IMG/VR virus record: IMGVR_UViG_3300033120_000574
Coordinates: 75,129-139,128 of that record
Length of the DNA: 64,000 nucleotides
Source of the DNA: a virus
Lineage: Duplodnaviria > Caudoviricetes
Direction: 5' to 3' (one strand)
Shown: positions 31,867 to 41,957 of the stretch, piece after piece
Layout of the letters: each line of letters opens with the position of its first letter
Numbering within the stretch: position 1 is the first letter of the stretch
Translations under genes and position numbers: made by a program
The notes under the pieces: model-generated
What the model was told of the DNA's origin: nothing
Seen by the model: the letters and a program-made list of their open reading frames with translations, nothing else
Databases searched by the model: none

Positions 31867-32173
31867 TTAAAGCCTCCAAGTAGTCTTTGAGGTAGCCTTT
31901 TATATCCATTCTATGACGCCTTGGATCATCTTCTACTTCATAACCAGGCCAAATGGTCTTAACTAAGTCAGTTATTATATTTGGATCCATTATAGGAAGC
32001 AAGGAAAGCAGCTTACTTATTCCTTCAGGAGTATCAAGATCGAAATCATAGATAGACTTACGTATGTAGTCTGATGTGTGGATAAGGTCAGACACGCTAC
32101 AAGACAACAGCCTAGTTGCTTCATTGTTGTCAAAAGACTTTTCTATACCTTCAATCTTGAACGAGTTTTCCAT
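31802..32173 (-). CDS. Hypothetical protein
   Basis: 123 aa; IEKS and IRKS sites. Confidence 0.6.
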   Translation of the reverse strand: MENSFKIEGIEKSFDNNEATRLLSCSVSDLIHTSDYIRKSIYDFDLDTPEGISKLLSLLPIMDPNIITDLVKTIWPGYEVEDDPRRHRMDIKGYLKDYLEALNEATAEPTDSVRQDDVAAPSQ

Positions 32174-32402
32174 TTGAATCTACCTTTGCCTTACGTGTGT
32201 ACATGTAACCCGATCTGTATATGCTTGGAATTTTGTCGAAAAATTCTTTACCTGCGCCGTAAGAAAGGCCAGCCACACAATGATCCTTCAAGCCTTCCAA
32301 AAAGGCTGGGTCATCCGATTCCATCTTTGTACCAGTCCACCAAACAGTGGCAATGACGTTTTCCTCGTCGTCCATAACTTTAAAAGCGTTGTACACACTC
32401 AT
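32151..32402 (-). CDS. Small hypothetical protein immediately downstream of the MuF-kinase
   Basis: 83 aa; position compatible with an immunity/partner gene. Confidence 0.55.
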   Translation of the reverse strand: MSVYNAFKVMDDEENVIATVWWTGTKMESDDPAFLEGLKDHCVAGLSYGAGKEFFDKIPSIYRSGYMYTRKAKVDSNGKLVQD

Positions 32403-32408
32403 ATAGTA

Positions 32409-35078
32409 TTACTCTTTCTTGTAAATGTCAACAGGGAAAGCACTGGAAATGTCAGAGAGGAACAGGCTCTTGTCCAACTTTCTATTTGGTTTTACTGTGT
32501 CAAGTTCTCTTGTTGGTTTTACTGTGTCAAGTTCTCTTGTTGGTTTTACTGTGTCAAGTTCTCTTGTTGGTTTTACTGTGTCAAGTTCTCTTGTTGGTTT
32601 TACTGTGTCAAATTCTCCTATAGCAGACAGAATTGTTGGAGCACGCGCTTCTGTATGAGAAACTCCATCTTTACCCCAAGAGTTTAGTGGAGAGTAAGAA
32701 GGAATGCTATCCCAATGTATGGTGCGGTCTGCAGAGGAACCGCCTTCGAAATGGGCAGTGCCTGTAGGAAACAGCTTAATAGATCCTTGTAGTTGTGCTT
32801 GTTCTTGTGTGGATGCATCTCCAATTTTACCAGTAGAATAGTCTTTTGCGAACCTAGCAAATAACTGGTCTGGCATTTCCCAAGAATCATTTGCTTTCTT
32901 AATTTGTGCAGTTCTCTTGTCAGCGTCTCGTTCCCATCCAGGGAATGCAGGTGCTCTATGTGTAGGAAGTACTCCTTTGGTTCTAGCGGCCATCACAGGG
33001 TCTGGAGACACAGCAACAGTTACTGCGTACCTTGTGGATTCTACTGGAATAGACCCGTGTGTTTCTTGTAAATGTGCAAGGTATTTCATACGGACATGTG
33101 TCTGTGCAACTTGCCAATCAGTGAGTCCACTGCTTTCTAATTGTCGTTTGGTCTGATCAAAACTTTGAGTTTTGAAACGAGTAATCATATGATCTGGAAC
33201 AGTTAGGTCTTTTCCAGATTTGACAAAAAGCTGGTGAATTATGTTTTTATGTCCTTCCATGCCAGAGCCAAACGACAGGCCATGATCAATTGCTTTAACA
33301 TCAGATTGATCTGGGGAAAACACAAGGTTACCCATATGTCTATCGTTATTATTCATCACAATATCAAGACAGGCTATCTCTGCAAGTTTGGTCTGCACAC
33401 GCTCTTTGTGTTCGTCTGGTACAGACGACAGTACCTCGTTTAGAGAATTTGCTGGTTTCTTGCGAGACTCTAAAGTATTCCAACCTTCTTGCCAGGATTG
33501 TACGGACATGGGGCCAACATGATGGACATCGGAAAGTCCATCATGTTCACGTGACACTGTAACAGGCACATGGTCTAACCCTAAACTAGAAGATAGTTGG
33601 TGTGCGGCTACTTCACTTATGTGGCCCTTGTCTGGAGGCAGTGAAGACAGCCCATCCGCAAAAAGCCAGCCGGCATAACCCTCTTCTGGAAAGGTTGGAG
33701 GAGGTTTCATACATCCTGAGCCATTGCCCGCAATAGTTACTTTGTAGGAAACGTGTGCTCCAGATTGTGGATCGTCTCCATCCTCCATTTCTTTACCTAG
33801 TTTCTTAGCGGAAGAGATAGTGCCTTCACTGAGATGCTCAGCAAGAACTTGCGTAGTTTGTGACTTATCAGCAAAGAATGTCTTAGCTCTAACTTGTTCC
33901 TGCTTCTTTTGTTGCTCTTTAGCTTCTTCTGTCTGTGGAATAGCACCAGCTGCCATAGCCTCTTGGTGCTTCTTCATAATAGACCCGTTTGACTTGTGTT
34001 GAGTAGCTCCGTTTCCACCATGCTTCTCACACTCCGAACCACCACCAAATGGACACGCAGCCATGTCATTGCCACCAGTGCCACCAGTGCTGCTAACACC
34101 ACCTTTTGGAGCAGCTGTTCCCAAAGCAGGAGGACGACCTGGTCCGGCTGTGTTGCCAGGAGCAGCTACACCTGCCACCGAGGGCATTCCAGGTGGCTTT
34201 TGTTGGCTAGGAGCACCCTTTGGCTTTACCGTAGATGCAATGCCACCAGCAACACCAGCTGTAGCTTTGTTGAGTGTTGAATCGAACAAAGACTTATTTA
34301 CCAGACTGAGTTTCCCAGCCTCCCAAGCATAGCCAGGAGGAACGTAGCGCACCATACATCCACAGTTTGGATGTACAGGAGGAAGGGTAGCAATCCAGTG
34401 AGTATGTATTCCTGACTTTTTTTCATGTTCTTCTGACTGTCTAGCATTGATTAGATCTGCCAGCACGAAAAGCTTAGGCGAACCATCAGGGTTCAAATAC
34501 AAACGCTTGCAATCTAAACAGCAATTGGCACCAGGAACTACAATAACATTGGAGTTCAATCCATTGCTAGTACTAAACACACCTTGTTTAGACACAATGG
34601 CATTTACACTACCAGCCACTTTGGCTCTGTGTAATTCTGTCTTAACAACTAGAGCAAATTTTACCTTAAGTCTATCAAACACTTTAGGATCAAGCGGTTT
34701 GCTTTCCAATAGAAGCTTGGAAAACACACCAGCAACCATCTGTGTAAGTTCCGCACTGAACTGCGCGATGCTCAAAATGCTCTTTAACGACAGTTTGTCA
34801 AAGGCAGTGACATCTTCTGTAGTGAACAAGTCTTCTGTGTCACTTAATGTTGCGTTTGCATACTCAGTTTTCTTGGTGGAAGCCTTGAGTTTGCCAAGAA
34901 TGAACGAAGTCTTAGCTAAGTCCAAACTAGAATCCAGGGGCAGCTTCTTGTAAGTCTTCAATGCTGCAAAGGAACTGTGGCTTATTGCAGTTGGACCAAA
35001 GACGAAGTATAGCAACCAATTGGTATGGAGCTGTAGAAGCCTATTAAGCTTTGCAATCTTTGATACAAACGTGTTCAT
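32409..35078 (-). CDS. MuF-like head morphogenesis protein fused to a HipA/PI3-4K-like kinase domain
   Basis: MuF 'CCLDCKRLY...PPVHPNCGC'; kinase 'MKP', 'EVAAHQL', 'DIVMNNNDRHMGN', 'AIDHGLSF'. Confidence 0.8.
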   Translation of the reverse strand: MNTFVSKIAKLNRLLQLHTNWLLYFVFGPTAISHSSFAALKTYKKLPLDSSLDLAKTSFILGKLKASTKKTEYANATLSDTEDLFTTEDVTAFDKLSLKSILSIAQFSAELTQMVAGVFSKLLLESKPLDPKVFDRLKVKFALVVKTELHRAKVAGSVNAIVSKQGVFSTSNGLNSNVIVVPGANCCLDCKRLYLNPDGSPKLFVLADLINARQSEEHEKKSGIHTHWIATLPPVHPNCGCMVRYVPPGYAWEAGKLSLVNKSLFDSTLNKATAGVAGGIASTVKPKGAPSQQKPPGMPSVAGVAAPGNTAGPGRPPALGTAAPKGGVSSTGGTGGNDMAACPFGGGSECEKHGGNGATQHKSNGSIMKKHQEAMAAGAIPQTEEAKEQQKKQEQVRAKTFFADKSQTTQVLAEHLSEGTISSAKKLGKEMEDGDDPQSGAHVSYKVTIAGNGSGCMKPPPTFPEEGYAGWLFADGLSSLPPDKGHISEVAAHQLSSSLGLDHVPVTVSREHDGLSDVHHVGPMSVQSWQEGWNTLESRKKPANSLNEVLSSVPDEHKERVQTKLAEIACLDIVMNNNDRHMGNLVFSPDQSDVKAIDHGLSFGSGMEGHKNIIHQLFVKSGKDLTVPDHMITRFKTQSFDQTKRQLESSGLTDWQVAQTHVRMKYLAHLQETHGSIPVESTRYAVTVAVSPDPVMAARTKGVLPTHRAPAFPGWERDADKRTAQIKKANDSWEMPDQLFARFAKDYSTGKIGDASTQEQAQLQGSIKLFPTGTAHFEGGSSADRTIHWDSIPSYSPLNSWGKDGVSHTEARAPTILSAIGEFDTVKPTRELDTVKPTRELDTVKPTRELDTVKPTRELDTVKPNRKLDKSLFLSDISSAFPVDIYKKE
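32486..32616. repeat. 27-bp perfect tandem repeat (about 4.8 copies) encoding TVKPTRELD
   Basis: TTGGTTTTACTGTGTCAAGTTCTCTTG x4 plus a partial copy, in frame. Confidence 0.95.
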
Positions 35079-35452
35079 TAGTCATTGTCTTTAGCATAAC
35101 CACACAATGCTGCAAAAGATTCTAGGCTCTTCAACATACCAGGGACTTTGGATTCTTCTTTTGTAGGTTCACATGCTTTTTCAAGCTCACCATTCACAAA
35201 AGCCTTAATCACATTAAGCGGATTCTCTTCTTCGCTTTTCTTTGGTTTGATCTCAGCAGCTAAAGAACTCTTGATCAATGCAGGGTTCAAAGTCAGTTCA
35301 ATGTCTGGAGGAGATAGTCTGTAACGACCACCACCAGTAATGGGAGTACCATCCGCATCACGTTGGCGTTCTATTCCTGACTTACTCTTTGAGAAGATCT
35401 CAGGTTCATACATCACAAAAAGTGGATTTTCTGATTTTGGGCGAGGAAGCAT
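35078..35452 (-). CDS. Putative internal head protein
   Basis: Five K-S/A sites in 124 aa. Confidence 0.6.
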   Translation of the reverse strand: MLPRPKSENPLFVMYEPEIFSKSKSGIERQRDADGTPITGGGRYRLSPPDIELTLNPALIKSSLAAEIKPKKSEEENPLNVIKAFVNGELEKACEPTKEESKVPGMLKSLESFAALCGYAKDND

Positions 35453-35459
35453 GTGACTC

Positions 35460-35654
35460 CTAATGTAAAAGGATAGATATCTCAGTGCAAAGGTTCTTCA
35501 TCATTGTAGAGAAAGCGGTCTCAGCCTTCTCAAGTAATCCAACTTCAACTTCATTCTCTAGAACAATCTCATCATGCGTGGGTGCTGCTAGCTTAATGAG
35601 TGACTCACCCATTGCAGCCATTTCACTGTTTGATAAGTTAGTTGAAATCTTCAT
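35460..35654 (-). CDS. Small hypothetical protein
   Basis: 64 aa, translationally coupled. Confidence 0.55.
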   Translation of the reverse strand: MKISTNLSNSEMAAMGESLIKLAAPTHDEIVLENEVEVGLLEKAETAFSTMMKNLCTEISILLH

Positions 35655-36163
35655 TAGGAACGTGTTTGCTCTCTGCCTGGTACAGAGGAACCGCCGAGGC
35701 CCGCGTTGTAGTTCAATTCAGCTGCAAGATGAGCAGCAACCATAAAGGTAAGCTGCATGCATTCCATGTCCGAGATTCTAAAGTTGACATTGCGAATGGT
35801 GTTAACGAACGAAGAGTCAACGTATGTAAATAAAGTAGGAAACACACAACCAATTGCTAGTTGTTCTTGAGGAGTTAAGTACGCCTTGTCCTTCTCTTTG
35901 TGTAGAATTTCTATGATTATGTGCTTTGCCGCCTCATAGTCAAGTTCACCACTTGGAAGTCTACGAAACAATACATTTCCGTTTACACGATCTGTGGGCG
36001 CGTTGAAAGAAGAGACTACCTTAGCTTCAAGTTGTCCAGACAGCACTTCTGGTTTGTAGTCTGTGCCAGTTCCAGCAGAGCCACCTGACAGTACTTCTTG
36101 GCTCTTTAACAGGTCAGAATTGTGTGCAAGCCAGTTAACTGGCGTCTTTGGTAGGTTATTCAT
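35654..36163 (-). CDS. Hypothetical protein
   Basis: 169 aa; LLKS near the N-terminus. Confidence 0.6.
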   Translation of the reverse strand: MNNLPKTPVNWLAHNSDLLKSQEVLSGGSAGTGTDYKPEVLSGQLEAKVVSSFNAPTDRVNGNVLFRRLPSGELDYEAAKHIIIEILHKEKDKAYLTPQEQLAIGCVFPTLFTYVDSSFVNTIRNVNFRISDMECMQLTFMVAAHLAAELNYNAGLGGSSVPGREQTRS

Positions 36164-36164
36164 G

Positions 36165-36547
36165 TTAAATCCTAATGTAGAGTAAACTCTTCTTCACGGA
36201 TAGAAGAGAGGAATCCTTAGACGCAGGCTTATGTACAACACGTCCAGTATGTTTGTCCGTGCTTTCTGCATGCTCTGCTTTGACCTTATGTTCAAGTTGC
36301 TTTGCAGCTTTAGAACGTCCTTGTCCTGCTAAATACTTTTCGTAAGCTTCTTCAGTTTCAAAGTATCTGTACTTTGGAGAGCCATCGTGATCGTAGCCAT
36401 CCTGAATGCGTGCAGCATACTTGCCACCCTTTGCTTCACCGCGACCACCTGAAGCAGATACAGCAGCACCAGAGCCTTCTTTGGTTTTTGGCTTTTTAGC
36501 ATCTGACTTGGCAAAACCAAGTAAGTCTGATCGTAAATAACAAGTCA
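36165..36547 (-). CDS. Basic putative internal head protein
   Basis: Likely start MTCYL (36547); 'GGKY.AR...G.PKYRY'; ends KKSLLYIRI. Confidence 0.55.
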
Positions 36548-37378
36548 TTAGCGTCTCCAAATAGGTAGCGCAGGAGCACTCTGTTTTTCCAACAGAGAAC
36601 AGTGTGAACATGAGTTGTCCAAACTCTTATTCATATGTCCGCAAGCATTGCAGGACTTGTAGATCTGCACATTAACTTGTTCTGGTGCAGCTGAAACGTT
36701 CACAACTGGACGACCGTTTCTAAATGCTTCGTACAAATGTGGTTCTTTTGCAGCTGCAATAGGTTCAACAGTAATTTGTTCCTCTCCAGAGGAGACTGTA
36801 TCAGTTGCCACACTTATGGCTTTTCCAGACTTTGTGGACATCAAACGTGATGTCAGTGCTTTCAGGATTTCTTTTGGTGTGGACATATTTACTCCAGTGC
36901 GCGAACTAGGTCCTTGAATACTAGCAGATCGCTCATTTAAAAACAAGTGTTTGATTAGTTTACCATTACTTGCTTGCAGCTTAGCTTTAAATGCAAGCAT
37001 AGTATACTGTTTGATACTTCCTAAAAACTTCGGATTGTTATAGTGCTTTAGGTAAGCAGCCTTGGCTTCTTGCTCAGAGTCGAAGCCAAGCATTACCTTC
37101 TGTTCATCTATTTCTACAAATTCAGGAGCTTTTAGCTGTGTGACTACAAAGACGTTCTCAGCATGCGGGCTTGGTCCCACATAAACATCTACTTCTTCTC
37201 CATCCGTTCCAAGGGTACCACATATGAATCCGTAGGGATTCTGCATGTAAGTAGTACCCTTAGTGTCTGAAAATGGGTCGTACCAGTGTCGTTCTGTTCC
37301 TTGGTCAGTTTCGACACAAATACACAAGTCTTGATATGTAATATGTTTCACTACACACCTCTGTAGAAATCCAACCAA
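36548..37378 (-). CDS. Inorganic pyrophosphatase-like (InPase) domain protein
   Basis: 'YGFICGTLGTDGEEVDVYVGP...VFVVTQ...DEQKVMLGF...AKAAY' is the polyvalent-protein InPase signature. Confidence 0.8.
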   Translation of the reverse strand: MVGFLQRCVVKHITYQDLCICVETDQGTERHWYDPFSDTKGTTYMQNPYGFICGTLGTDGEEVDVYVGPSPHAENVFVVTQLKAPEFVEIDEQKVMLGFDSEQEAKAAYLKHYNNPKFLGSIKQYTMLAFKAKLQASNGKLIKHLFLNERSASIQGPSSRTGVNMSTPKEILKALTSRLMSTKSGKAISVATDTVSSGEEQITVEPIAAAKEPHLYEAFRNGRPVVNVSAAPEQVNVQIYKSCNACGHMNKSLDNSCSHCSLLEKQSAPALPIWRR

Positions 37379-40300
37379 GACTCGTCTTGGTCAAATGAGA
37401 CTTCAAACGTTTTAGTGTCAATGGACTTGGTGAAACCATCTGAATAAGAGGGTTTTGAATTATCTTCAGCTACTTGTGCTTCCGGTTTGTCTTTTCCTGG
37501 TTGTGCACTTGGTGGAGCTGTGCCACCACCAGCAGCTCCAGCAGCTCCGGCAGCAGCCTGCTGTTGCTCTAGTTGCCTACGTTGTTGTTGTGCTGTGGTG
37601 TATGTTGGGTTCAAGATCAAATCTCCATCAGCAACGTCAGGAAGGTCTTCTTGTCTACGAATCTCATTCAGGGTCATGTATGTTGATACTTGTTCCTTAC
37701 GTAGTTCATGCTTTTCTTGCTCTGTGAGTTCATCAAGACCAACAAAATCAAACGTGAAATTGTCGTCCAACTTATTAACCACGTTGTCATTTATCAGCTT
37801 AGCAAGGAAGCGAAGCATTGGCTTAAGCCCACGATCACGAGATGCCTTTAGCTTCCATTCTTGGCTTGATTCGAATAGAGGTGTCTGCTGAACACCGCCA
37901 TGCATGTCAAAGTTCAACTCTGCTGGATCGATCAAAAACACAGCACAGTTGTGTACAGCAAATCTGTGTGCTTGATATGTGTGTTCTCCGTCTACCTCTA
38001 TGTTGTAAACCTTTCCTTCAAAATGGTTTGTGTGAGAAGAAGAGACGGGAACGTAATAATACGTAGCACTTTCATAAATGGTAGAACGCAGTGCAGTCAA
38101 ACTACTCACTCTGTCACGTAACTTGTTACCCTTTGGCCCTCTCAACCAAGTAGCTAGTCTAGCGGAGTAGACACCATTAATATCTAAGCGGTGCAAGTCA
38201 TTAACAGAATTGAAACCAGTGTTTGTTACAGTGTAACGATGGGAATACACATTTTGACGAAACAACAGGTGGCGAATCTGTTCTAGTGCTGTTTTTGACA
38301 CAAGAGACAAAGTACTTACTGCAGCACCAGTGACGAAAGCAGGGACGGACCCGTCTCCTGCGAACACGCCGCTTATGAATGCACGTTGAACTTCTGTAGG
38401 AGCATCAAATAGCATCTTAGGAATCTTTTTCAATACAGCTTTTGAACCAAACAAATTTCCAAGAACATCAGCAACAAGAGAACTGTGCAAACAAATGTTA
38501 GCAGTGCTTTCTTTTGCTGCATAGGTACGAGAGTGTACTCCAATTCTAGTAGCTATGCGTTCAACAGCAGCTACGTACTCTTCTTCATGTTTTGCAAAAG
38601 TAAAGTATGCTGCTGACTCGGTTGTATTTCCTTCAGCTAAATACAACCCAAGAACGTAAGCTAGCTCTTCATCCAAAGCCCAATAACGTTGAATAAATTT
38701 TCCAGCATTTCCTTTAGGTGCAATATGCAAAGCATCAGGTGACACTCTGCAATTAGCGGCTCCCAATACGGCCAAACAATCGATTGTTTGGTCTTTTCCA
38801 ACAAATTCATACGTCTTCTTTGGTATGGTTAAGTAGTCAACGCCTTCAACGATTTCTCCTGCGTTTTTCCACGCAGGCTCACCAAATAGGCGAGAGCCGT
38901 TGTGCAAGGATGAGGAAACAACCCACATAGGATGTTCTGGAGTTACTTCGATGGTTTCTCCTGCTGTAAGGGTAACCAAAGGTCCACAGTATTCTGTGAT
39001 CTGTAAGTTACTCACATTGCGTGGTTGACCTGTGTGAGAAAATACCACATCTCCAGGCACTACAGATTCTATAGCTGTAGTCGACCCGTCTGCCATCGTG
39101 ATTGGTGTATTACCAGTGAAGCAGGTAATCTTGATCAGGTATTCCATCCACATGGAGTACTCCATCTCTTGATTACTTTGATGCAAAGGAACCCAGTCAA
39201 TACCCTGCTCTGATTGCATGATGGGAGTACGCCAAGCGTTGGTGACGCCCTCTACATTGTTCTTCCACTCACGTTTGAACACTTCTAACTGATCTCCAGT
39301 TAGATTGTCTCCCTTTATGTTCAAAATACCTTTCGGGGCTGAATTGGACGTTATACAGCCACCAGCGCTCCACCTATGTCCCTCATGTGTTTGTCTGACA
39401 TCAAACATAGGAACATGTACACCAATCACGTTAATGGATTTAATCTGAATCCATCGATAGTTTAGTGCCTCTTCTTGAGCAGAGGAGCGCAATGCTTTCA
39501 ACTGTGACTTACTTCGTGTGCCACCAGGTACATACCCTATTAACCGTTGTAGTATTCCTTCTTGTGCAAAGCGAGGAATCTTACCACCAGAATCCTTTCG
39601 ATTAGGAGAAACTGTTTTATATGTTTGTAGAAACCCAATCAGAGAAGCAAATTTGTTGTTTTCACAAACACGCAAATAGTGACAAGGTCTACCACTAGCA
39701 TTCATCAAAGAATGAGACAAGCTACTAGATATACCAAGAGACCACAGCAACTGTTGTACGCCAGCAATAAGGTTAGTACTAGAGCTACACACATATGCGT
39801 GAATGCCATTCTTAACGAACCCATCAGCACTGAAGTATCCGCGTAGAAAAGCAGCTCTGTTTTCTACAGTTTCTGCAAATAAACGAGAAGGAACAACTTT
39901 CTCATGTGATGCGGAAGAAGACATCCCAACAACGTTTGTCAAGAAATCAAACAAGCCTTTGTTTCGTATAACCAACGTATCAAGTTTAGTTCCTCCCCAA
40001 TCACCACCACTTTTACGCATATGATGTGATATTCCACGAGAACCAAGCATAGTTCGAAACTTTTCTTGTACCTCTGTGTCTTTGGGAGAGAACACGCAGG
40101 ATGTCGTGTAGTTTCTCTTATTTCCAGCATTTATCGAGCTACGTGTATCAGTTACGTACCCATCACCTACCAAAAATCCAATAAATTCGTAAAAAGGGGC
40201 ATCTAACAACCCTGCGTTTACTGTAGGTTGTTTTGGTTTTTTACCTACCTGAACATAAACAGGGTCTAGTTCATTGAATTCTAACAAGGCTTCACTTTGA

Positions 40301-41487
40301 GCTACAAAATCACCAACACGCAACTCTTGTAATTCCTTCATAACTGCTTGTCCATCACAAGACAAAGACAAGAACTTGTGATTTGGAGAGGTAATTAGAC
40401 TGTAATTGTTAGCCAACCCTACGCTAACAGCCTCTTTGTGGCCAGATGACACTACGTCAGAGGTAACCCACTCAGTTCCATTCCAGCAATCAAATACCTT
40501 TCCAACCAGGGAAGAGATAGGAACCAGCCCATCACGGGTATGAACAGTAGTATCTCCTGCTACACAACCTTGCATGAAAAAGCGTCTGTTGTACTCTTCA
40601 GCGTACAAATGTGCAGTGATTACAGTGATTAGTTGTTCTAGCTCTCCATAACCATAACCTTGCACATAGATGTCAGACCTGGGGTTACGTACACCAAATA
40701 CAAGTTCTTTGTTAGTGTATACGTTACGTTGCTGTCCATTGATTAACTGTACATATGCAGGGACATCATGAAGCTCTGGATTTTGAACCTTCATGGTCTT
40801 ATAGGGCTGGGTCAAGGTCTCAGCATGTCCACGCATCAAAGCATTGGCAGTATGCGTGGCGTGTGCCAGGTCCATATCCATGTGGTTGGATGCAATACGG
40901 ATTGTAGATGCATCTACAGCAAGAAATTCGTATGGCATTCCTTTACGGTCTGGAACCACTTCGAAAGTGGCTTGATCGTACATTAAGCTGTCACGAACAA
41001 GCTTCTTTAGGAAAGTTTCAAAGTCATCACGCACATATGGACTGTGTGGATTTGGGTCTTCAGCACCACAAGCATAGATGAACTTCTCTACAGACTGTAT
41101 GAATTCACGTTCACCTTTAGTCGTTAGTCGTGCGGGGTTCTTGTGTTTAACAGCAAAGCCGAGAGATTTGTTCAAACGAAACGGTGTAGCAAACTGGGCT
41201 ACTTGATTACATCTGGTTTGTAAAATAGCAGAGATGAGTGCTAGCTGCTGGGGAATGCGTTTAAGCGTTTCGTAAGACAACGAATAACGTCTGTCTTTGT
41301 AACCCATTGCAAACTGAATAGACAACGGGTCAAACACCAAAGACTTTGGACCTTTTGCAGCCAACTCTGGATCTAGCTTAGATTTCCTGATTTCTTCGGA
41401 AACCATGGAAGGAATCATGTTTGTAGCATCTCTCCACTTGGAGACGTGCTCAACCCACTTGTCTTGGTCTTTGAATCTGTCACTCAT
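37351..41487 (-). CDS. Portal protein with two inteins (about 578 aa after splicing)
   Basis: 'ILQTRCNQV', 'FLKKLVRDSL', 'RNPRSD..GYGYGELE', 'SRDRGLKPML'. Confidence 0.9.
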   Translation of the reverse strand: MSDRFKDQDKWVEHVSKWRDATNMIPSMVSEEIRKSKLDPELAAKGPKSLVFDPLSIQFAMGYKDRRYSLSYETLKRIPQQLALISAILQTRCNQVAQFATPFRLNKSLGFAVKHKNPARLTTKGEREFIQSVEKFIYACGAEDPNPHSPYVRDDFETFLKKLVRDSLMYDQATFEVVPDRKGMPYEFLAVDASTIRIASNHMDMDLAHATHTANALMRGHAETLTQPYKTMKVQNPELHDVPAYVQLINGQQRNVYTNKELVFGVRNPRSDIYVQGYGYGELEQLITVITAHLYAEEYNRRFFMQGCVAGDTTVHTRDGLVPISSLVGKVFDCWNGTEWVTSDVVSSGHKEAVSVGLANNYSLITSPNHKFLSLSCDGQAVMKELQELRVGDFVAQSEALLEFNELDPVYVQVGKKPKQPTVNAGLLDAPFYEFIGFLVGDGYVTDTRSSINAGNKRNYTTSCVFSPKDTEVQEKFRTMLGSRGISHHMRKSGGDWGGTKLDTLVIRNKGLFDFLTNVVGMSSSASHEKVVPSRLFAETVENRAAFLRGYFSADGFVKNGIHAYVCSSSTNLIAGVQQLLWSLGISSSLSHSLMNASGRPCHYLRVCENNKFASLIGFLQTYKTVSPNRKDSGGKIPRFAQEGILQRLIGYVPGGTRSKSQLKALRSSAQEEALNYRWIQIKSINVIGVHVPMFDVRQTHEGHRWSAGGCITSNSAPKGILNIKGDNLTGDQLEVFKREWKNNVEGVTNAWRTPIMQSEQGIDWVPLHQSNQEMEYSMWMEYLIKITCFTGNTPITMADGSTTAIESVVPGDVVFSHTGQPRNVSNLQITEYCGPLVTLTAGETIEVTPEHPMWVVSSSLHNGSRLFGEPAWKNAGEIVEGVDYLTIPKKTYEFVGKDQTIDCLAVLGAANCRVSPDALHIAPKGNAGKFIQRYWALDEELAYVLGLYLAEGNTTESAAYFTFAKHEEEYVAAVERIATRIGVHSRTYAAKESTANICLHSSLVADVLGNLFGSKAVLKKIPKMLFDAPTEVQRAFISGVFAGDGSVPAFVTGAAVSTLSLVSKTALEQIRHLLFRQNVYSHRYTVTNTGFNSVNDLHRLDINGVYSARLATWLRGPKGNKLRDRVSSLTALRSTIYESATYYYVPVSSSHTNHFEGKVYNIEVDGEHTYQAHRFAVHNCAVFLIDPAELNFDMHGGVQQTPLFESSQEWKLKASRDRGLKPMLRFLAKLINDNVVNKLDDNFTFDFVGLDELTEQEKHELRKEQVSTYMTLNEIRRQEDLPDVADGDLILNPTYTTAQQQRRQLEQQQAAAGAAGAAGGGTAPPSAQPGKDKPEAQVAEDNSKPSYSDGFTKSIDTKTFEVSFDQDESWLDFYRGV
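37948..39123 (-). mobile_element. Intein 2 in the portal (392 aa, LAGLIDADG)
   Basis: CFTGNT...TPEHP...LGLYLAEG...ISGVFAGDG...VHN/C. Confidence 0.9.
39343..40566 (-). mobile_element. Intein 1 in the portal (408 aa, LAGLIDADG)
   Basis: CVAGDT...SPNHKF...IGFLVGDG...LRGYFSADG...TSN/S. Confidence 0.9.
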
Positions 41488-41957
41488 TTCAACCTACTTA
41501 TAGACTTACGCATACGTCCAACTAGCCAGGAATTGAACATAGCACGTTCTCTTCCTGAGATCGAAACCAAACCCTTGCTTACGTCTTGTGGGCTGTATTC
41601 TCTTTCCACTGTAAGAAATTCATACTCAAGAGCTGAGGGGGTCAAGTCTTCCACTATTTGATTAAAAGACTTGGTTAGGTCTTGTAGTTGGCAAATAGCT
41701 TTATTGGTTGGCTTACCTACAACTCCACGCTCTTGTGCAATCTGAGAGTCTGATTTCCTGTCAGACTCTAAGTCTTCATCGGCATCAGCTGAGTTGTTGG
41801 CATCTATGGCATGATCATCAGGTTCACCACCAGTAACACCACTATGGTCCCTAGAGAATGACTCTTTGTATGACCTAGAACTTTGTCTGTCATCTGCGGG
41901 TCCAGTTGCAGTATTCGGAATTCCTACTGCTTTAAAAAGGTCTAGATAAAGGTTCAT
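41484..41957 (-). CDS. Putative internal head protein
   Basis: MNLYLDLFKA N-terminus; coupled to the portal gene. Confidence 0.6.
   Translation of the reverse strand: MNLYLDLFKAVGIPNTATGPADDRQSSRSYKESFSRDHSGVTGGEPDDHAIDANNSADADEDLESDRKSDSQIAQERGVVGKPTNKAICQLQDLTKSFNQIVEDLTPSALEYEFLTVEREYSPQDVSKGLVSISGRERAMFNSWLVGRMRKSISRLK

Noticed and set aside
32486-32616. CRISPR array
   Set aside because: The repeats are contiguous with no spacers and are in frame in a CDS
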